Source: Candidatus Woesebacteria bacterium (lineage in GTDB: Bacteria > Patescibacteriota > Microgenomatia > UBA8517). From it: a stretch of 64,000 nt of DNA. The position numbers were made by a program, and so were the translations under genes. The notes under the pieces are model-generated. The model ran no database searches and was not told the origin of the DNA. It worked only from the letters and a program-made list of their open reading frames with translations. Location of the stretch: positions 432,463 to 496,462 of the forward strand of contig CP065002.1 of NCBI GenBank assembly GCA_016700095.1, given 5' to 3'. Within the stretch, counting starts at the first letter, position 1. Every line of letters starts with the position of its first letter. Shown piece by piece: positions 48,080-59,242 of the stretch.

Positions 48080-48633
48080 GTAAGTTCAACTTCTTTCCAA
48101 CGATCTGCTTTGTATTCATATAACGGTTGTCCTTGTTCCAACAATCTGTCTACGAATAGTATGCCGTTCAAGTGATCGATTTCATGTAGGACAATTTGTG
48201 CCGGTAAATTAGAAAACGTTTGAATTCTTTTTTCACCATTTTCATCAAGATAATTTATTGTAACTTTACTTGAACGAACCAGTGGTCCGTAGTAATGGGG
48301 TAAAGATAAACAACCCTCGAGTATTTCCCGTTTTTTGGTGAGTTCTTGTTTTGTCACCTTGTCAACTTTGACGATTTGCGGATTTATAACAACTTTGATG
48401 AGACTTTGTTCATTTAATTCTTTTGCATCTTTTGTAGTTAATTTCATTAAAAATATTTGCAGGTTTTTACCGATCTGAGGTGCCGCAAGACCGATACCTT
48501 CAGGATCCTTTTGTGAAACCAAAGTTTCTTCCATATCCCTGATCAAGTCTTTAATTTTTTTGTCGACTTTTTTAACAGGAAGTGAAATCCTACGTAAGGA
48601 CGGGTCTTTTACGCCAACAATTTTTCTAATCAT
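48076..48633 (-). CDS. def: Peptide deformylase
   Basis: Motifs 'EGCLSLP' and 'HEIDHLNG'. 4-nt overlap with fmt. Confidence 0.9.
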   Translation of the reverse strand: MIRKIVGVKDPSLRRISLPVKKVDKKIKDLIRDMEETLVSQKDPEGIGLAAPQIGKNLQIFLMKLTTKDAKELNEQSLIKVVINPQIVKVDKVTKQELTKKREILEGCLSLPHYYGPLVRSSKVTINYLDENGEKRIQTFSNLPAQIVLHEIDHLNGILFVDRLLEQGQPLYEYKADRWKEVELT

Positions 48634-48813
48634 CTTGAGAATTATAAGCTGTGGTGGTGGGTAGATGCAACCGTTTATGTAACGATGTTAATTTTGACAG
48701 TTATTTCAATTTATACAAAAAATATTCTTGGAAAAGTAGTTTATTTTTCATGCTTTATCTGGACCACAAATATTGTATTGGTCAAACAAATCGGCCAGAT
48801 AATCCACGAAAAT

Positions 48814-50955
48814 TCACTCCAGCTCTTTAATTTTGGTGTTAACGTTTACGTCTGTTTGGTCGATGTTGTTGTAAATATACTGTAAGTGATATTGCGCTTT
48901 TAGGATCTCACCTTGGTCGATATAGAGAATTGCCGCCGCCAATCTCGGCTCTTTGTAATTAGGTTTAATTACAATTGTTTTTTCAAATGTCTTTAGAGCC
49001 AAGTCGCTTTGATTTGTTCTAACAAGAGTAAGTCCGTAGTTATAAAGTAGTTCTGCATCATTTGGTGCATACGTGATCGCATCGTGTAAAACATCGCTTG
49101 CAACATTCATAAACAACGGTTCAATTCCCGACAAGGATATAAATAGATACGCCTGGCGCATTTTCAGATTGACGTTATATTTGGATAAATTAACAGCGTT
49201 AGTTGATTCGGCAACTGTCGAGGAAACATAATTTTCTATTAAGTCGGTTTCATTCGATGAAGTGTTTATGGCAAGATCTGCTGCTGTTTCTGCAAGGAGC
49301 ATGTGATAGTAAGGTTCCCTGGGTTGTATATTAAGTGCTTTCGTAATTAAACGTCTTGCTTCGTGTGCATTACCTCGTGACAAGTAAGATTTTGCGCTTT
49401 CTGCAAGTTTGTCTGCTTGCCAATACATACAAATATTGTAAATGGCAAAAACACCGAGTGTAATAACCGGTATAACAAATAGCAATTGTAATTTACCGAC
49501 TGTATTTTTTTGTGCAACCTTAATGCCAACATTACTAGACAATGACTTGGACATCGCCGGATAAAGAAAGAAGATAAGAGACGTAACAGTTACCGAAAAA
49601 CCGACAATGTTAGTGATGAGTAAGGTAATAAAACCGACAAATAAACCAAGGTGTAGTAGTCGTATACCATTTGGATGATTTGTAGATCGAATGTTATTTA
49701 TAAACAAATAGAAAAAACTTCCAATGACGGTTATGTAAGAAACCAATCCGACCAAGCCAGTGTTTGCAAGTATATTTAAATACTCATTGTGAGCTTTGTT
49801 AAACAAAAAATTCCACTCCGAAGTAAGATTGTGTACAACCGGTTGATAACCCGAATACGTATAACCGAAAGTTTCCACACCGCTTCCAAAAATTGGATGT
49901 GCTCGCCAAATATTTAGTGCACCTTCCCATACAATTTTTCTAATCGCGAAAGTATCTGTGATTGTCTCGCCTTTGTTCCGGGAAATACTTAAGGTTGTTT
50001 TTTGCAAAAAAGAATGTGAGAAAAGTAAAACCGCAATCAAAAGAATTACCATAACGCCAACAATGCTTGATCGCATGTGCTTTATTGAATACTTTTCTTG
50101 CAGTTTAATTATGAATAAAACGGCAAGGAATAATATTAACCCGAGGAGGAAAGCAATTAAGCCCGACCTGGATTTTGTAAAAATTACAACCAGAGTAAAA
50201 GTGATGGATAATGCGATTAAACAAAGATTTGTAAGTGTTGTTACAACTTTTAATGAAGTCGCATTGCGCAATTTAATAAACAAAGAATCGGAACCACAAT
50301 TAAATACAAACGACCATGTGACGGGAATGAGTGCGACCATCCATGCGGCAAGCCAATTGGGTTGACCGATGGTCGAAAATACGCGTTCACTAAAATTTTG
50401 TACCCAGCAGGCGGGATCAAAACTTGATTGGAGCGATGAAAAATAACTTGCAGGATTAGTGTAAGGCAAAGCTACTGCGCTGACAATTAGACATGTCGGA
50501 CTTACTCCAAAGTGTTCGAATACGGCGATGATAGATACGATTAATCCCGAGACGACTAAGATTTTAAGTATTTTCAATGTATCTTTTTTGTCGACGTTTG
50601 CCAGGTAGATCCAATAAAGCAGACAGTACGAAATACTGGAAAACAATCCGCCATTATATCTGCCATAGTAACCAAGAAGTGAAGTTCGCACATCAAGCGA
50701 CAAATATGTTGAAATTACCCCAGAAACCAAAAACAGAATTAGCGGAATGTCTGCTGCCGACTTTGTAAATAAAATTTTTTTGTTGATTATAATTCTAATA
50801 ATGTGAAGGGTCGTAACACTCGATGCCACAAGATATATAAAGACGATTTTGGAGAACTCAAATATTTCACCCGTTTGGGGATAGACGATTAAAGGCGTAA
50901 AAAAAAATAAAGCCGAGAAGATCCCGACAATAAGCTGTCTAATTTTCTGATCCAT
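48814..50955 (-). CDS. O-antigen-ligase/Wzy-like polytopic membrane protein with C-terminal TPR repeats
   Basis: About 12 TM helices with a large periplasmic loop, plus C-terminal TPR-like helices ('…YYHMLLAETAADLA…GNAHEARRLITKALNIQP…'). Confidence 0.55.
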   Translation of the reverse strand: MDQKIRQLIVGIFSALFFFTPLIVYPQTGEIFEFSKIVFIYLVASSVTTLHIIRIIINKKILFTKSAADIPLILFLVSGVISTYLSLDVRTSLLGYYGRYNGGLFSSISYCLLYWIYLANVDKKDTLKILKILVVSGLIVSIIAVFEHFGVSPTCLIVSAVALPYTNPASYFSSLQSSFDPACWVQNFSERVFSTIGQPNWLAAWMVALIPVTWSFVFNCGSDSLFIKLRNATSLKVVTTLTNLCLIALSITFTLVVIFTKSRSGLIAFLLGLILFLAVLFIIKLQEKYSIKHMRSSIVGVMVILLIAVLLFSHSFLQKTTLSISRNKGETITDTFAIRKIVWEGALNIWRAHPIFGSGVETFGYTYSGYQPVVHNLTSEWNFLFNKAHNEYLNILANTGLVGLVSYITVIGSFFYLFINNIRSTNHPNGIRLLHLGLFVGFITLLITNIVGFSVTVTSLIFFLYPAMSKSLSSNVGIKVAQKNTVGKLQLLFVIPVITLGVFAIYNICMYWQADKLAESAKSYLSRGNAHEARRLITKALNIQPREPYYHMLLAETAADLAINTSSNETDLIENYVSSTVAESTNAVNLSKYNVNLKMRQAYLFISLSGIEPLFMNVASDVLHDAITYAPNDAELLYNYGLTLVRTNQSDLALKTFEKTIVIKPNYKEPRLAAAILYIDQGEILKAQYHLQYIYNNIDQTDVNVNTKIKELE

Positions 50956-51274
50956 AAATCTATTCTATGTGAAATAGTCAAATTCGACAAAACGTATTAC
51001 TTTAATTTTTTACTCCCAACCCTGAAACCTGAGTTATCGCGTAAATTTTTTTCTCTAATTAAATATTGGTAATTGGTTGACATATTTTTCAGCATACTAA
51101 AATCCAAAAAAGGTCGAGTAGACATACCGCAATAACAAAGTTGAAAAATAGTGTTGTCTAACCGGGTTGGTCAAACATTAGCTATTCTTGTCTTTCGCAC
51201 ACGACAATTATTTGAAGTGTCTTTGTTATACTCTTTTAAACATTATAAACTAAGGTTATACTGGGCTGCACAAT

Positions 51275-52372
51275 ATGAAATTAAGAGTTACTACGTTAAA
51301 AAGATTTTTACCCAGTTTTACGATCAATAAACTGCTGGGAACTTTCTCGCATGATGTGGGCATTGACTTGGGAACAGCAAATACCCTTGTTTGGGTCAAA
51401 GACAAAGGAATAGTCATCAGGGAACCGTCGGTGGTTGCCAGAAATCGGAAAACAAAAGAAGTATTGGCAATCGGATCATCAGCCAAGAGAATGTTGGGTC
51501 GAGCTCCTTCAACACTCGAAATTATTAGGCCGCTTCGCGATGGGGTAATTGCCGATTTTGATGCAACCGCATCGATGCTTGATCATTACGTAAAAAAAGT
51601 TCATGAATCAGGTGGAGTAATTCCTAAAATTCCACGTCCTCGGATCGTGATTGGAATACCATCGGGAGTAACGGAAGTCGAACGGCGTGCGGTTGCGGAT
51701 GCTGCCGTTTCAGCAGGTGCAAGAGAAGCACATTTGGTCGAAGAACCGATGGCTGCAGCGATTGGTGCCGGTTTGCCGATCGAAAAACCCGAAGGTTTGT
51801 TTGTTGTTGATATTGGTGGTGGCACGAGTGAAATTGCCGTAATAAGTTTGGGCGGCGTAGTCGTGGGTGGGTCGATCCGTGTTGCCGGTGACGAGATGAA
51901 CGATGCAATTGTAAACTACGTGCGTTTGAAATATTCATTATTATTGGGAGAATCTACGGCAGAAAAAGTTAAAATTGATATCGGCAGTGCAACTCAGGTT
52001 AAAAAAGAACTTTTTTCGGTTGTACGGGGAAGAGACTTGGAGACCGGATTGCCGAAATCGGTCAAATTATCAAGTACGGAAGTGCGTGAAGCTCTTGCGC
52101 CAATTGTTCGAGAAATTGTAAAAAGCATTTCAAACACGCTTGAAGAAACCCCTCCAGAGCTTGTTTCGGACATTATGAAACGCGGGATTATAATTGCCGG
52201 TGGAGGAGCGTTGTTAACCGGAATTGATGAGGTGATTTCCGAGCAAACTAAAATGCCTGCGTTTATTGCTGATGATCCGTTAACTGCCGTTGTTCGCGGG
52301 TGTGGTGCGATATTAAATGATATAGGGTTACTTGGCCGAATTAATATGACTGAAAAAATGAATGAAAATTAA
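51275..52372 (+). CDS. mreB: Rod-shape-determining actin homolog MreB
   Basis: 'VGIDLGTANTLVWV', 'VVDIGGGTSEIAVISLGG', 'DDPLTAVVRG'. The annotated ATG gives a ~25-aa longer N-terminus than usual. Confidence 0.9.
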   Translation: MKLRVTTLKRFLPSFTINKLLGTFSHDVGIDLGTANTLVWVKDKGIVIREPSVVARNRKTKEVLAIGSSAKRMLGRAPSTLEIIRPLRDGVIADFDATASMLDHYVKKVHESGGVIPKIPRPRIVIGIPSGVTEVERRAVADAAVSAGAREAHLVEEPMAAAIGAGLPIEKPEGLFVVDIGGGTSEIAVISLGGVVVGGSIRVAGDEMNDAIVNYVRLKYSLLLGESTAEKVKIDIGSATQVKKELFSVVRGRDLETGLPKSVKLSSTEVREALAPIVREIVKSISNTLEETPPELVSDIMKRGIIIAGGGALLTGIDEVISEQTKMPAFIADDPLTAVVRGCGAILNDIGLLGRINMTEKMNEN

Positions 52373-52380
52373 CTAGCTTA

Positions 52381-54126
52381 ATGGAAACTCTGTCGCAATC
52401 ACGTTCGCAAAGTTGGTTATCTTGGTTTTACCGAGGTGTGTTGATTTTAGGTTTTTTAATCCTTGTAGGGAGGTTGTTTGATTTGCAGATTATCCGTGGT
52501 GCGTACTTCCGATCACTTGCCGAGGGAAACAGAATTCGTCGCGTTCCAATTACTGCTGCCCGAGGTGAAATATTGGCACGGGGAGGCGAATTGTTGGTTG
52601 GAAATACTAAAGTTAAAAAACATGTTACTTTCAGCCCCACTGAAGGATATGAAAAAACGCTTGATATTAATAACGCTCCGGATGAAGAAATAATTGACGA
52701 ATACGTCAGAGATTATAAATTAGGATCTTCGTTTGCGCACGTAAGTGGCTATCTGGGATTAGTTAATGAGGATGAAGTGGGAAAAGTTAATGCGGGATGT
52801 TTGAGCCATGGACCCAGGAAGTTTGATTCGCTTACCGGCAGAACCGGTTTAGAACAATATTATGAATGCACTTTGATGGGGCATGATGGTGAGGAATTGG
52901 TAGAGGTAGATGTTTTGGGGAATAGAGTCCGAACTTTGGGTAGAAAGCAACCGATTTCCGGACGGGAAATTCGTACAACCATAGACTACGGATTACAAAT
53001 TCATGTTGCCGACATATTTAGCGGTAAGAAAGATTTTGCGCGCGGGGACATTCCCGAAGGTCTAATCAAAGGAGCCGTGGTTATATCAGATACAAAGGGA
53101 GAAATTCTTGCGCTGTATTCATCGCCTTCATATGATCCAAATATTTTTGTCAAAAAAGATAAGTCGCAAGATATCGAAAACCTTTTCACTAATACAGAAC
53201 TTCCGTTGTATAACCGCGCAACCGGTGGGACATATCACCCGGGCTCTGTATTTAAACCGGTTGTCGTACTTGCTTCATTGGAAACACGAACAATTGATGA
53301 TGACTACACATACGAAGACACGGGGTCGATTGTGTTAAATACTGACTATGGAGTTTATACGTATAACAATTGGTATTGGACACAATACGGTGGACAAGAA
53401 GGTGTAATTGGCATAAAAAAAGCACTGGCTAGATCAACGGATACACTGTTTTATAAAATCGGAGAATTAACCGGAATTGATAATCTGGTTTTATGGGCAG
53501 AAAAGTTCGGATTTGGTGTCCCGACAGGGATTGATTTACCGGGTGAGGTTAGCGGATTATTACCTAATCCCGAATGGAAAAAATTGGCAAAAGCCGAACG
53601 ATGGTTTTTGGGTAATACATATCATTTTTCAATTGGCCAAGGCGATACGGCGCTTACACCGATTCAGATTAACCGTGCAATCGCAGCAATTGCCGCCGAT
53701 GGGAAAATTTGTAAACCACATCTTGTTGGTGGGGTCGAATGTAGTGATTTGGAAATAGACAAAGACAACTTGGAAATTGTGCGTGAAGGTATGTTTCAAG
53801 CATGCTCACCGGAGGGAACCGGTTTTACTTTTTTTGATATCAATGGGTCAAACGATGAGAAATTTGCGAATAAAAAAGTTGCGTGCAAAACCGGAACGGC
53901 GGAAACTTCGACTGATAAAAATCCGCATGCTTGGTTTACTTTTTTTACTCCGTTTTCAACCGATGAAAATACAGAGTTGATAAAACCCGAAATTGTCGTT
54001 ACAGTTTTGGTAGAAGAAGGTGGAGAAGGTTCAAAAATTGCGGGGCCGATTGCCAGAAGTATATATAATTATTGGTACAATTTTCCCGAATCAAAACCTG
54101 CAAGTGTTCCAGTTGCCACCGAATAA
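52381..54126 (+). CDS. mrdA: Penicillin-binding protein 2 / peptidoglycan D,D-transpeptidase
   Basis: N-terminal TM, dimerisation domain, and transpeptidase motifs 'GSVFKP' (SxxK) and 'CKTGTAE' (KTG). Confidence 0.85.
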   Translation: METLSQSRSQSWLSWFYRGVLILGFLILVGRLFDLQIIRGAYFRSLAEGNRIRRVPITAARGEILARGGELLVGNTKVKKHVTFSPTEGYEKTLDINNAPDEEIIDEYVRDYKLGSSFAHVSGYLGLVNEDEVGKVNAGCLSHGPRKFDSLTGRTGLEQYYECTLMGHDGEELVEVDVLGNRVRTLGRKQPISGREIRTTIDYGLQIHVADIFSGKKDFARGDIPEGLIKGAVVISDTKGEILALYSSPSYDPNIFVKKDKSQDIENLFTNTELPLYNRATGGTYHPGSVFKPVVVLASLETRTIDDDYTYEDTGSIVLNTDYGVYTYNNWYWTQYGGQEGVIGIKKALARSTDTLFYKIGELTGIDNLVLWAEKFGFGVPTGIDLPGEVSGLLPNPEWKKLAKAERWFLGNTYHFSIGQGDTALTPIQINRAIAAIAADGKICKPHLVGGVECSDLEIDKDNLEIVREGMFQACSPEGTGFTFFDINGSNDEKFANKKVACKTGTAETSTDKNPHAWFTFFTPFSTDENTELIKPEIVVTVLVEEGGEGSKIAGPIARSIYNYWYNFPESKPASVPVATE

Positions 54127-54156
54127 CCAAAGAGCCAAAGCTTAGCTTTGAAATAC

Positions 54157-55242
54157 ATGACGGAAAATGATTTTTTAGTGTGCATATCAACCTATGTTGG
54201 ATTCGGACCGGTGCGGTTGACGTTACTGAAAAATTATTTCGGAACATATGAAAATATCTGGAAATTAAGTAAAAAAGAACTTAAAGAAGTTAATCTATCC
54301 GACAAGTTGATTGACGGGTTTGTCGAACACAGGAAGAATTTTGACTTTGATAAATATCAACTGAAGTTAGCAAAGTTAGCAATTGGCATTATTACTCATT
54401 CCGACGCTAATTATCCGTCAAATTTAAGTGAATTATCAAACGCTCCACAGGTTTTATATATCAAGGGGGAACTTTGTCAAAACGACTCGAATGCCATTGC
54501 GATTGTAGGAAGCAGGAAAATGACACATTACGGCAGGGAGGTGGCAGCTAAATTCGCCGGCGAGCTTTCCGATTTTGGCGTCACAATTGTATCGGGTTTG
54601 GCACTTGGAATCGATGCAGTTGCCCACAACGCGTGTTTGGCAAGTGGTGGCAGAAGTATCGCGGTACTTGCAAGCGGACTTGATACGATTACGCCGCAAC
54701 AAAATTACTACATCGCCAAAAAAATATTCGACGGGAAAAAGGGTGCTATCGTATCCGAATATCCGCTTGGAACACCTGCTCTTAAAACCAATTTTGCCAA
54801 CAGAAATCGAATAATATCGGGATTATCAAAAGCAGTAATCGTGGTTGAGGGTCAACATAAAAGCGGGACACTGCTTACTGCTCGTGCTGCGGCGGAGCAG
54901 GGGAGGACGGTGTTTGCGGTTCCGGGACAAATTACTTCTCCCATGAGTGAGGCGCCTTTGTATTTGATTGAAAATGGAGCGCGCTTGGCAACAAGTACCC
55001 GAGTTGTTTTAGAAGAAATGAATATGCAATTCAAGGTAGATAAAAAGCAGGTCGAAAAAATCATGCCGACTGATGAACTGGAAAGAAAAATTTACATACT
55101 ACTGAAAAACGAGGCAAAACACATTGATGAAATTGCACGGGAGATTAAGCTGGATATTGGTAAACTGCAGTCAAAGCTTTCGATGATGGAGTTAAAGGGC
55201 TTGGTTAATTGCGACGATGGACTATATCGGGTTAGGAATTAG
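54157..55242 (+). CDS. dprA: DNA-processing protein DprA (Smf)
   Basis: 'IAIVGSRKMTHYGREVAAKFAGELSDFGVTIVSGLALGIDAVAHNACL' Rossmann-like DprA core and a C-terminal winged-helix tail. The track start at 54148 is TTG and the ATG is at 54157. Confidence 0.85.
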   Translation: MTENDFLVCISTYVGFGPVRLTLLKNYFGTYENIWKLSKKELKEVNLSDKLIDGFVEHRKNFDFDKYQLKLAKLAIGIITHSDANYPSNLSELSNAPQVLYIKGELCQNDSNAIAIVGSRKMTHYGREVAAKFAGELSDFGVTIVSGLALGIDAVAHNACLASGGRSIAVLASGLDTITPQQNYYIAKKIFDGKKGAIVSEYPLGTPALKTNFANRNRIISGLSKAVIVVEGQHKSGTLLTARAAAEQGRTVFAVPGQITSPMSEAPLYLIENGARLATSTRVVLEEMNMQFKVDKKQVEKIMPTDELERKIYILLKNEAKHIDEIAREIKLDIGKLQSKLSMMELKGLVNCDDGLYRVRN

Positions 55243-55246
55243 TATC

Positions 55247-55486
55247 CTATTCTGTTTCTGTCAAAGACATATCTTCAAATCTAGCAGCATCTCTCAATCT
55301 CTCTTCGCATCGTTTGTGGTTTCCCGCACGATCATATGCCAAAGCCTCTTCAAATGTCTTCAATGCCAATTCACCTGCACGCTTTTTTGCTTGATCTAAC
55401 TGTTCTCGCGATATTTCTGCTGCCATAAATTTATTAATCTGATTTGGGGGTTTTGGGCGTTGGTGTACTATTGGTGGTAGGAACAT
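55247..55486 (-). CDS. Hypothetical small protein; a second unlisted ~50-aa ORF (55487-55612, minus strand, 'MSENEDTSRNKLEEAQRRFEQTQYMQAAIKAG…') lies just upstream
   Basis: Coding-like composition. No domains. The likely real start is the internal 'MAAEISREQLDQAKK'. Confidence 0.3.
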   Translation of the reverse strand: MFLPPIVHQRPKPPNQINKFMAAEISREQLDQAKKRAGELALKTFEEALAYDRAGNHKRCEERLRDAARFEDMSLTETE

Positions 55487-55747
55487 TTGGTCTTTCGGGA
55501 AGTGGTTTTGGTTTAGCGCCTGCTTTTATTGCAGCCTGCATATATTGTGTTTGCTCAAATCTACGCTGGGCTTCTTCCAGCTTATTCCTGGAGGTATCTT
55601 CGTTTTCAGACATGTTTTAATTATACGTGGAATATATATTATTTCAATACAACTTTCGAAATTATTGACATTGCTGTTACAATTTCATCCTGGGATGTTG
55701 ACATTAGTTGCATTTTCCTGTTTTACTGATAACTGTTTATCTAAAGT

Positions 55748-57751
55748 ATGAATTTAATAATTGTAGAAAGTCCAACAAAAGCAAAAACACTAAATCGGTT
55801 TCTCGGGAAAGATTATTCGGTTGAGGCGACAATGGGACACATCAAAGATTTACCTAAAAGTAAATTGAGTGTCGATGTGGAAAATGATTTTCAGCCTGAT
55901 TACCAGTTGGTCGAGACGAGAAAAAAAGAAATTGCAAAGTTAGTAAAGCAAGCAAAAAAAGCCAAGAAAGTTTATTTAGCAACCGATCCGGATCGTGAGG
56001 GAGAAGCAATTGCTTTGCATGTTCATGAGATTATTGGTAAGACAGATTACGCAAGAATTACCTTTCATGAGATAACCAAAGAAGCGGTCGAAGAAGCAAT
56101 CGCTCATCCTGCAAAAATTGACGATAATTTAGTGAATGCCCAAATTGCCCGGCGTGTACTCGATCGACTAGTGGGCTATAAATTGTCACCTGTCATTTGG
56201 AAAAAAATCCGGCGCGGTTTGTCGGCAGGGAGAGTGCAAACGGTAGTTGTCCGTTTGATTGTCGAGCGTGAACGCGAGATTGAAAAGTTTGTTAAAAAAG
56301 AGTATTGGGAAATTGCTTGTGACGTAAAGCAACAAGAAAAGGGGAAAATTTTCAGAGTAAATCTTTTAAAAGTAGATAACAAAGTATTGAGTGTTGCAAA
56401 TGGAAATGAAGCCAAAAAACTTAAAGATGATCTTGAAAAAGCCATTTTCAGCGTTAAAGATGTCAGGTCAAAAGAAGTAAGAAAAAAACCATTCCCTCCA
56501 TACACGACATCAACGCTTACCCAAGCGGGTGCTAATGTATATGGTTGGTCATCAAAAAAAACCATGAGTATTGCCCAAAAACTGTATGAAGAAGGGCTGA
56601 TTACTTATCACAGAACCGATTCCACCAATCTGTCAGTACAAGCGGTGGAAAAAGTACGTACATTTATCGCAAAAACATATGGGGACAAATATGTACCGGC
56701 AAACGCTTTAATTTATAAAACCAAAGCAAAATCGGCTCAGCAAGCACACGAAGCTATACGACCGACCGATATTAAAATCCAAGGTGACTTGGCAGTACAT
56801 GTAAAGATCAAATTAGATGCAGAGAAACTTTACAGTTTGATCTGGAGAAGATTTGTGGCGTGTCAAATGGAAATGGCGATTTATGATGTGACCACGATAG
56901 ATGTAAACGCAGATGGTAATAATAATTATTTACTTAGGACTACCGGAAATGTAGAAATATTTGATGGGTGGAGAAAGGTAATACCAACCAAGGAAAAAGA
57001 CGAGTTGATTTTACCGAAAGTAAACGCAGGTGAAAAATTAGATGTTAAACAAGTAATTAGTGAACAGAAGTTTACCCAACCTCCCGCCAGATTTAATGAA
57101 GCATCGTTAATTAAAACGTTGGAGAAATTGGGGATAGGTAGACCATCAACTTATGCTCCAACCATCTCGACCATCCAAACAAGGCAATATGTTGAAAAAC
57201 TTGATAAAAAGTTTTACCCGACACCTGTCGGGATTGCCGTTACTGATTTTATGGTGACTAATTTTGATGAAATCTTTGATTATTCATTTACGGCAGGCAT
57301 GGAAAACGACCTCGACGAAGTTGCCAAAGGAAATAAAGATTGGGTGACAATGATGAAGGATTTTTACAAACCTTTTGAGAAAAAGGTGTTAGATGTCGAG
57401 AAAAACGCGGTGAGAGTTGCCGTACCTGTTGAGAAAACCGGAAGAAAATGCCCGACATGCAAAAAGGAAAAAAGAGTTGGTGATAAACAAGGTGATTTAG
57501 TGATTAGAACCGGAAGATTTGGGAAATTTATTTCCTGTTCAAACTTCCCGGATTGTAAACACACGGAAAAATTAGTTGTTAAAGTTGACATGAAATGCCT
57601 ACGTTGTTTGGAAGAAGGAAGAGATAAAGAAAGTCAAGGAGATATCATTGTTAAAAAAACCAGAACGGGAAGAATATTTTATGGATGTTCCAAATACCCC
57701 GAGTGTGAATATGCAAGTTGGGTAAACCCGGCACAGGCAAAAGACAACTAG
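55748..57751 (+). CDS. topA: DNA topoisomerase I
   Basis: Toprim 'MNLIIVESPTKAKTL', 'ATDPDREGEAIA', and C-terminal C4 zinc ribbons (CPTCKK…, CLRCLEEG…). Confidence 0.9.
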   Translation: MNLIIVESPTKAKTLNRFLGKDYSVEATMGHIKDLPKSKLSVDVENDFQPDYQLVETRKKEIAKLVKQAKKAKKVYLATDPDREGEAIALHVHEIIGKTDYARITFHEITKEAVEEAIAHPAKIDDNLVNAQIARRVLDRLVGYKLSPVIWKKIRRGLSAGRVQTVVVRLIVEREREIEKFVKKEYWEIACDVKQQEKGKIFRVNLLKVDNKVLSVANGNEAKKLKDDLEKAIFSVKDVRSKEVRKKPFPPYTTSTLTQAGANVYGWSSKKTMSIAQKLYEEGLITYHRTDSTNLSVQAVEKVRTFIAKTYGDKYVPANALIYKTKAKSAQQAHEAIRPTDIKIQGDLAVHVKIKLDAEKLYSLIWRRFVACQMEMAIYDVTTIDVNADGNNNYLLRTTGNVEIFDGWRKVIPTKEKDELILPKVNAGEKLDVKQVISEQKFTQPPARFNEASLIKTLEKLGIGRPSTYAPTISTIQTRQYVEKLDKKFYPTPVGIAVTDFMVTNFDEIFDYSFTAGMENDLDEVAKGNKDWVTMMKDFYKPFEKKVLDVEKNAVRVAVPVEKTGRKCPTCKKEKRVGDKQGDLVIRTGRFGKFISCSNFPDCKHTEKLVVKVDMKCLRCLEEGRDKESQGDIIVKKTRTGRIFYGCSKYPECEYASWVNPAQAKDN

Positions 57752-57757
57752 ATGTGT

Positions 57758-58237
57758 TTACACCTTATTATAAACGTTGAAAGAATATTTCAGACCGTTT
57801 TCTTCGCTTTCTAGAATTTCTTTTCGTTTATACTTAGTTTTATCAAACCTTGGGAAATACGTATCTCCTTCAAACGCTTTATCAATTTCGGTTAAGTACA
57901 ATTTATCTGCAAGGGACAAAAATAATTTATAAATTTGGCCGCCACCTGCAATAAATATTTCACCACTTTCTGTGTTAATTAATTTAAGTGCGTCTTCAAG
58001 TGAATGAACAACAACACATCCGTATGCCTCAAAGTTTTTATCTTTCGACATGACAATTATCTTTCTATCGGGAAGTGGTTTACCGATCGACTTGAAAGTT
58101 GCCTCTCCCATAATTACCGTATGTCCCAGAGTTAACTTTTTAAAATATTTAAAATCCTCTGAAATATGCCAGGGTATCCGGCCTTTGTTTCCGATAACGA
58201 AGTTTTTTGATAAGGCTGCAATAATTGATATTTTCAT
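57758..58237 (-). CDS. folA: Dihydrofolate reductase
   Basis: 'MKISIIAALSKNFVIGNKGRIPWHISEDFKYFKKLTLGHTVIMG', the canonical DHFR N-terminus. 4-nt overlap with thyA. Confidence 0.9.
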   Translation of the reverse strand: MKISIIAALSKNFVIGNKGRIPWHISEDFKYFKKLTLGHTVIMGEATFKSIGKPLPDRKIIVMSKDKNFEAYGCVVVHSLEDALKLINTESGEIFIAGGGQIYKLFLSLADKLYLTEIDKAFEGDTYFPRFDKTKYKRKEILESEENGLKYSFNVYNKV

Positions 58238-59133
58238 ACTGAAATTTTTGCTTTTATTGGTGGGTGATATTGGTAGTTCATTAGAGTGAAGTCCTCATAT
58301 TTAAATCTAAACAATGATTTTACATCCTTATTAAGTTTCATTGTCGGAAGTGTATATGGTTTTCTCTTTACAATTTCTTTTGCTTGGTCAATATGATTTA
58401 AATAAATGTGTGTATCTGCCAGACTCAAAACTAACTCACCGGGTTTTAGATTAGTGACATGGGCGATCATCATGGTAAGAAGTGCGTAACTTGCGATATT
58501 AAATGGTAATCCTAAAAATGTATCAACCGATCTTTGCGTCATGAGGCATGACAATTTATTATTACTTACACTAAATTGATACATAACGTGGCATGGTGGA
58601 AGTGCCATGGTGTCAACACGTGATGCGTTCCATGCATTGACAATTAACCGCCTACTTCCCGGATTATTTTTGATTTCTCTTACTACCCACTTTAATTGAT
58701 CAAAGCCGTCGAAATTTCTCCATTGTGCACCATAAACCGGACCAAGGTTTCCCCATTTTTCAGCAAACTTTTTATCGGACTTAATTTTCTCCACATACTC
58801 GATCATTTTCTCTTGCCATGTACTGGAGTACATCGGGTATCTTTTGTCCAACTTATTAGCCTTAAGATAATTTTGAAATGGCCATTCGTTCCAGATTCTT
58901 ACATTGTTTTTGGCAAGATATCTTAAGTTTGTATCTCCTTTGATAAACCAAAGTAGTTCGTGAATAATTGCTTTTAGATACATTTGCTTTGTTGTAAGAA
59001 GTGGAAAGCCTTGGGATAAATCAAATCGAACCATGCGGCCAAAAACTTTTTTCGTTCCGGTGCCTGTTCGTTCGTTTTTTTCAACCACACCGTTTTTCAG
59101 GATATCGTTAAGTAGATCGTGATAAACTTTCAT
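58234..59133 (-). CDS. thyA: Thymidylate synthase (ThyA type)
   Basis: 'RRLIVNAWNASRVDTMALPPCHVMYQF' active-site Cys region. Confidence 0.9.
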   Translation of the reverse strand: MKVYHDLLNDILKNGVVEKNERTGTGTKKVFGRMVRFDLSQGFPLLTTKQMYLKAIIHELLWFIKGDTNLRYLAKNNVRIWNEWPFQNYLKANKLDKRYPMYSSTWQEKMIEYVEKIKSDKKFAEKWGNLGPVYGAQWRNFDGFDQLKWVVREIKNNPGSRRLIVNAWNASRVDTMALPPCHVMYQFSVSNNKLSCLMTQRSVDTFLGLPFNIASYALLTMMIAHVTNLKPGELVLSLADTHIYLNHIDQAKEIVKRKPYTLPTMKLNKDVKSLFRFKYEDFTLMNYQYHPPIKAKISV

Positions 59134-59242
59134 TGTTGACTAACCTTCTTGCCAGCATAAATTATATGACAATAAATTTCCAGTGGAGAAAAAAGATAAT
59201 GGATAATTTTCAAAAAGCATGCTACATTTTTGGTGTAAATCA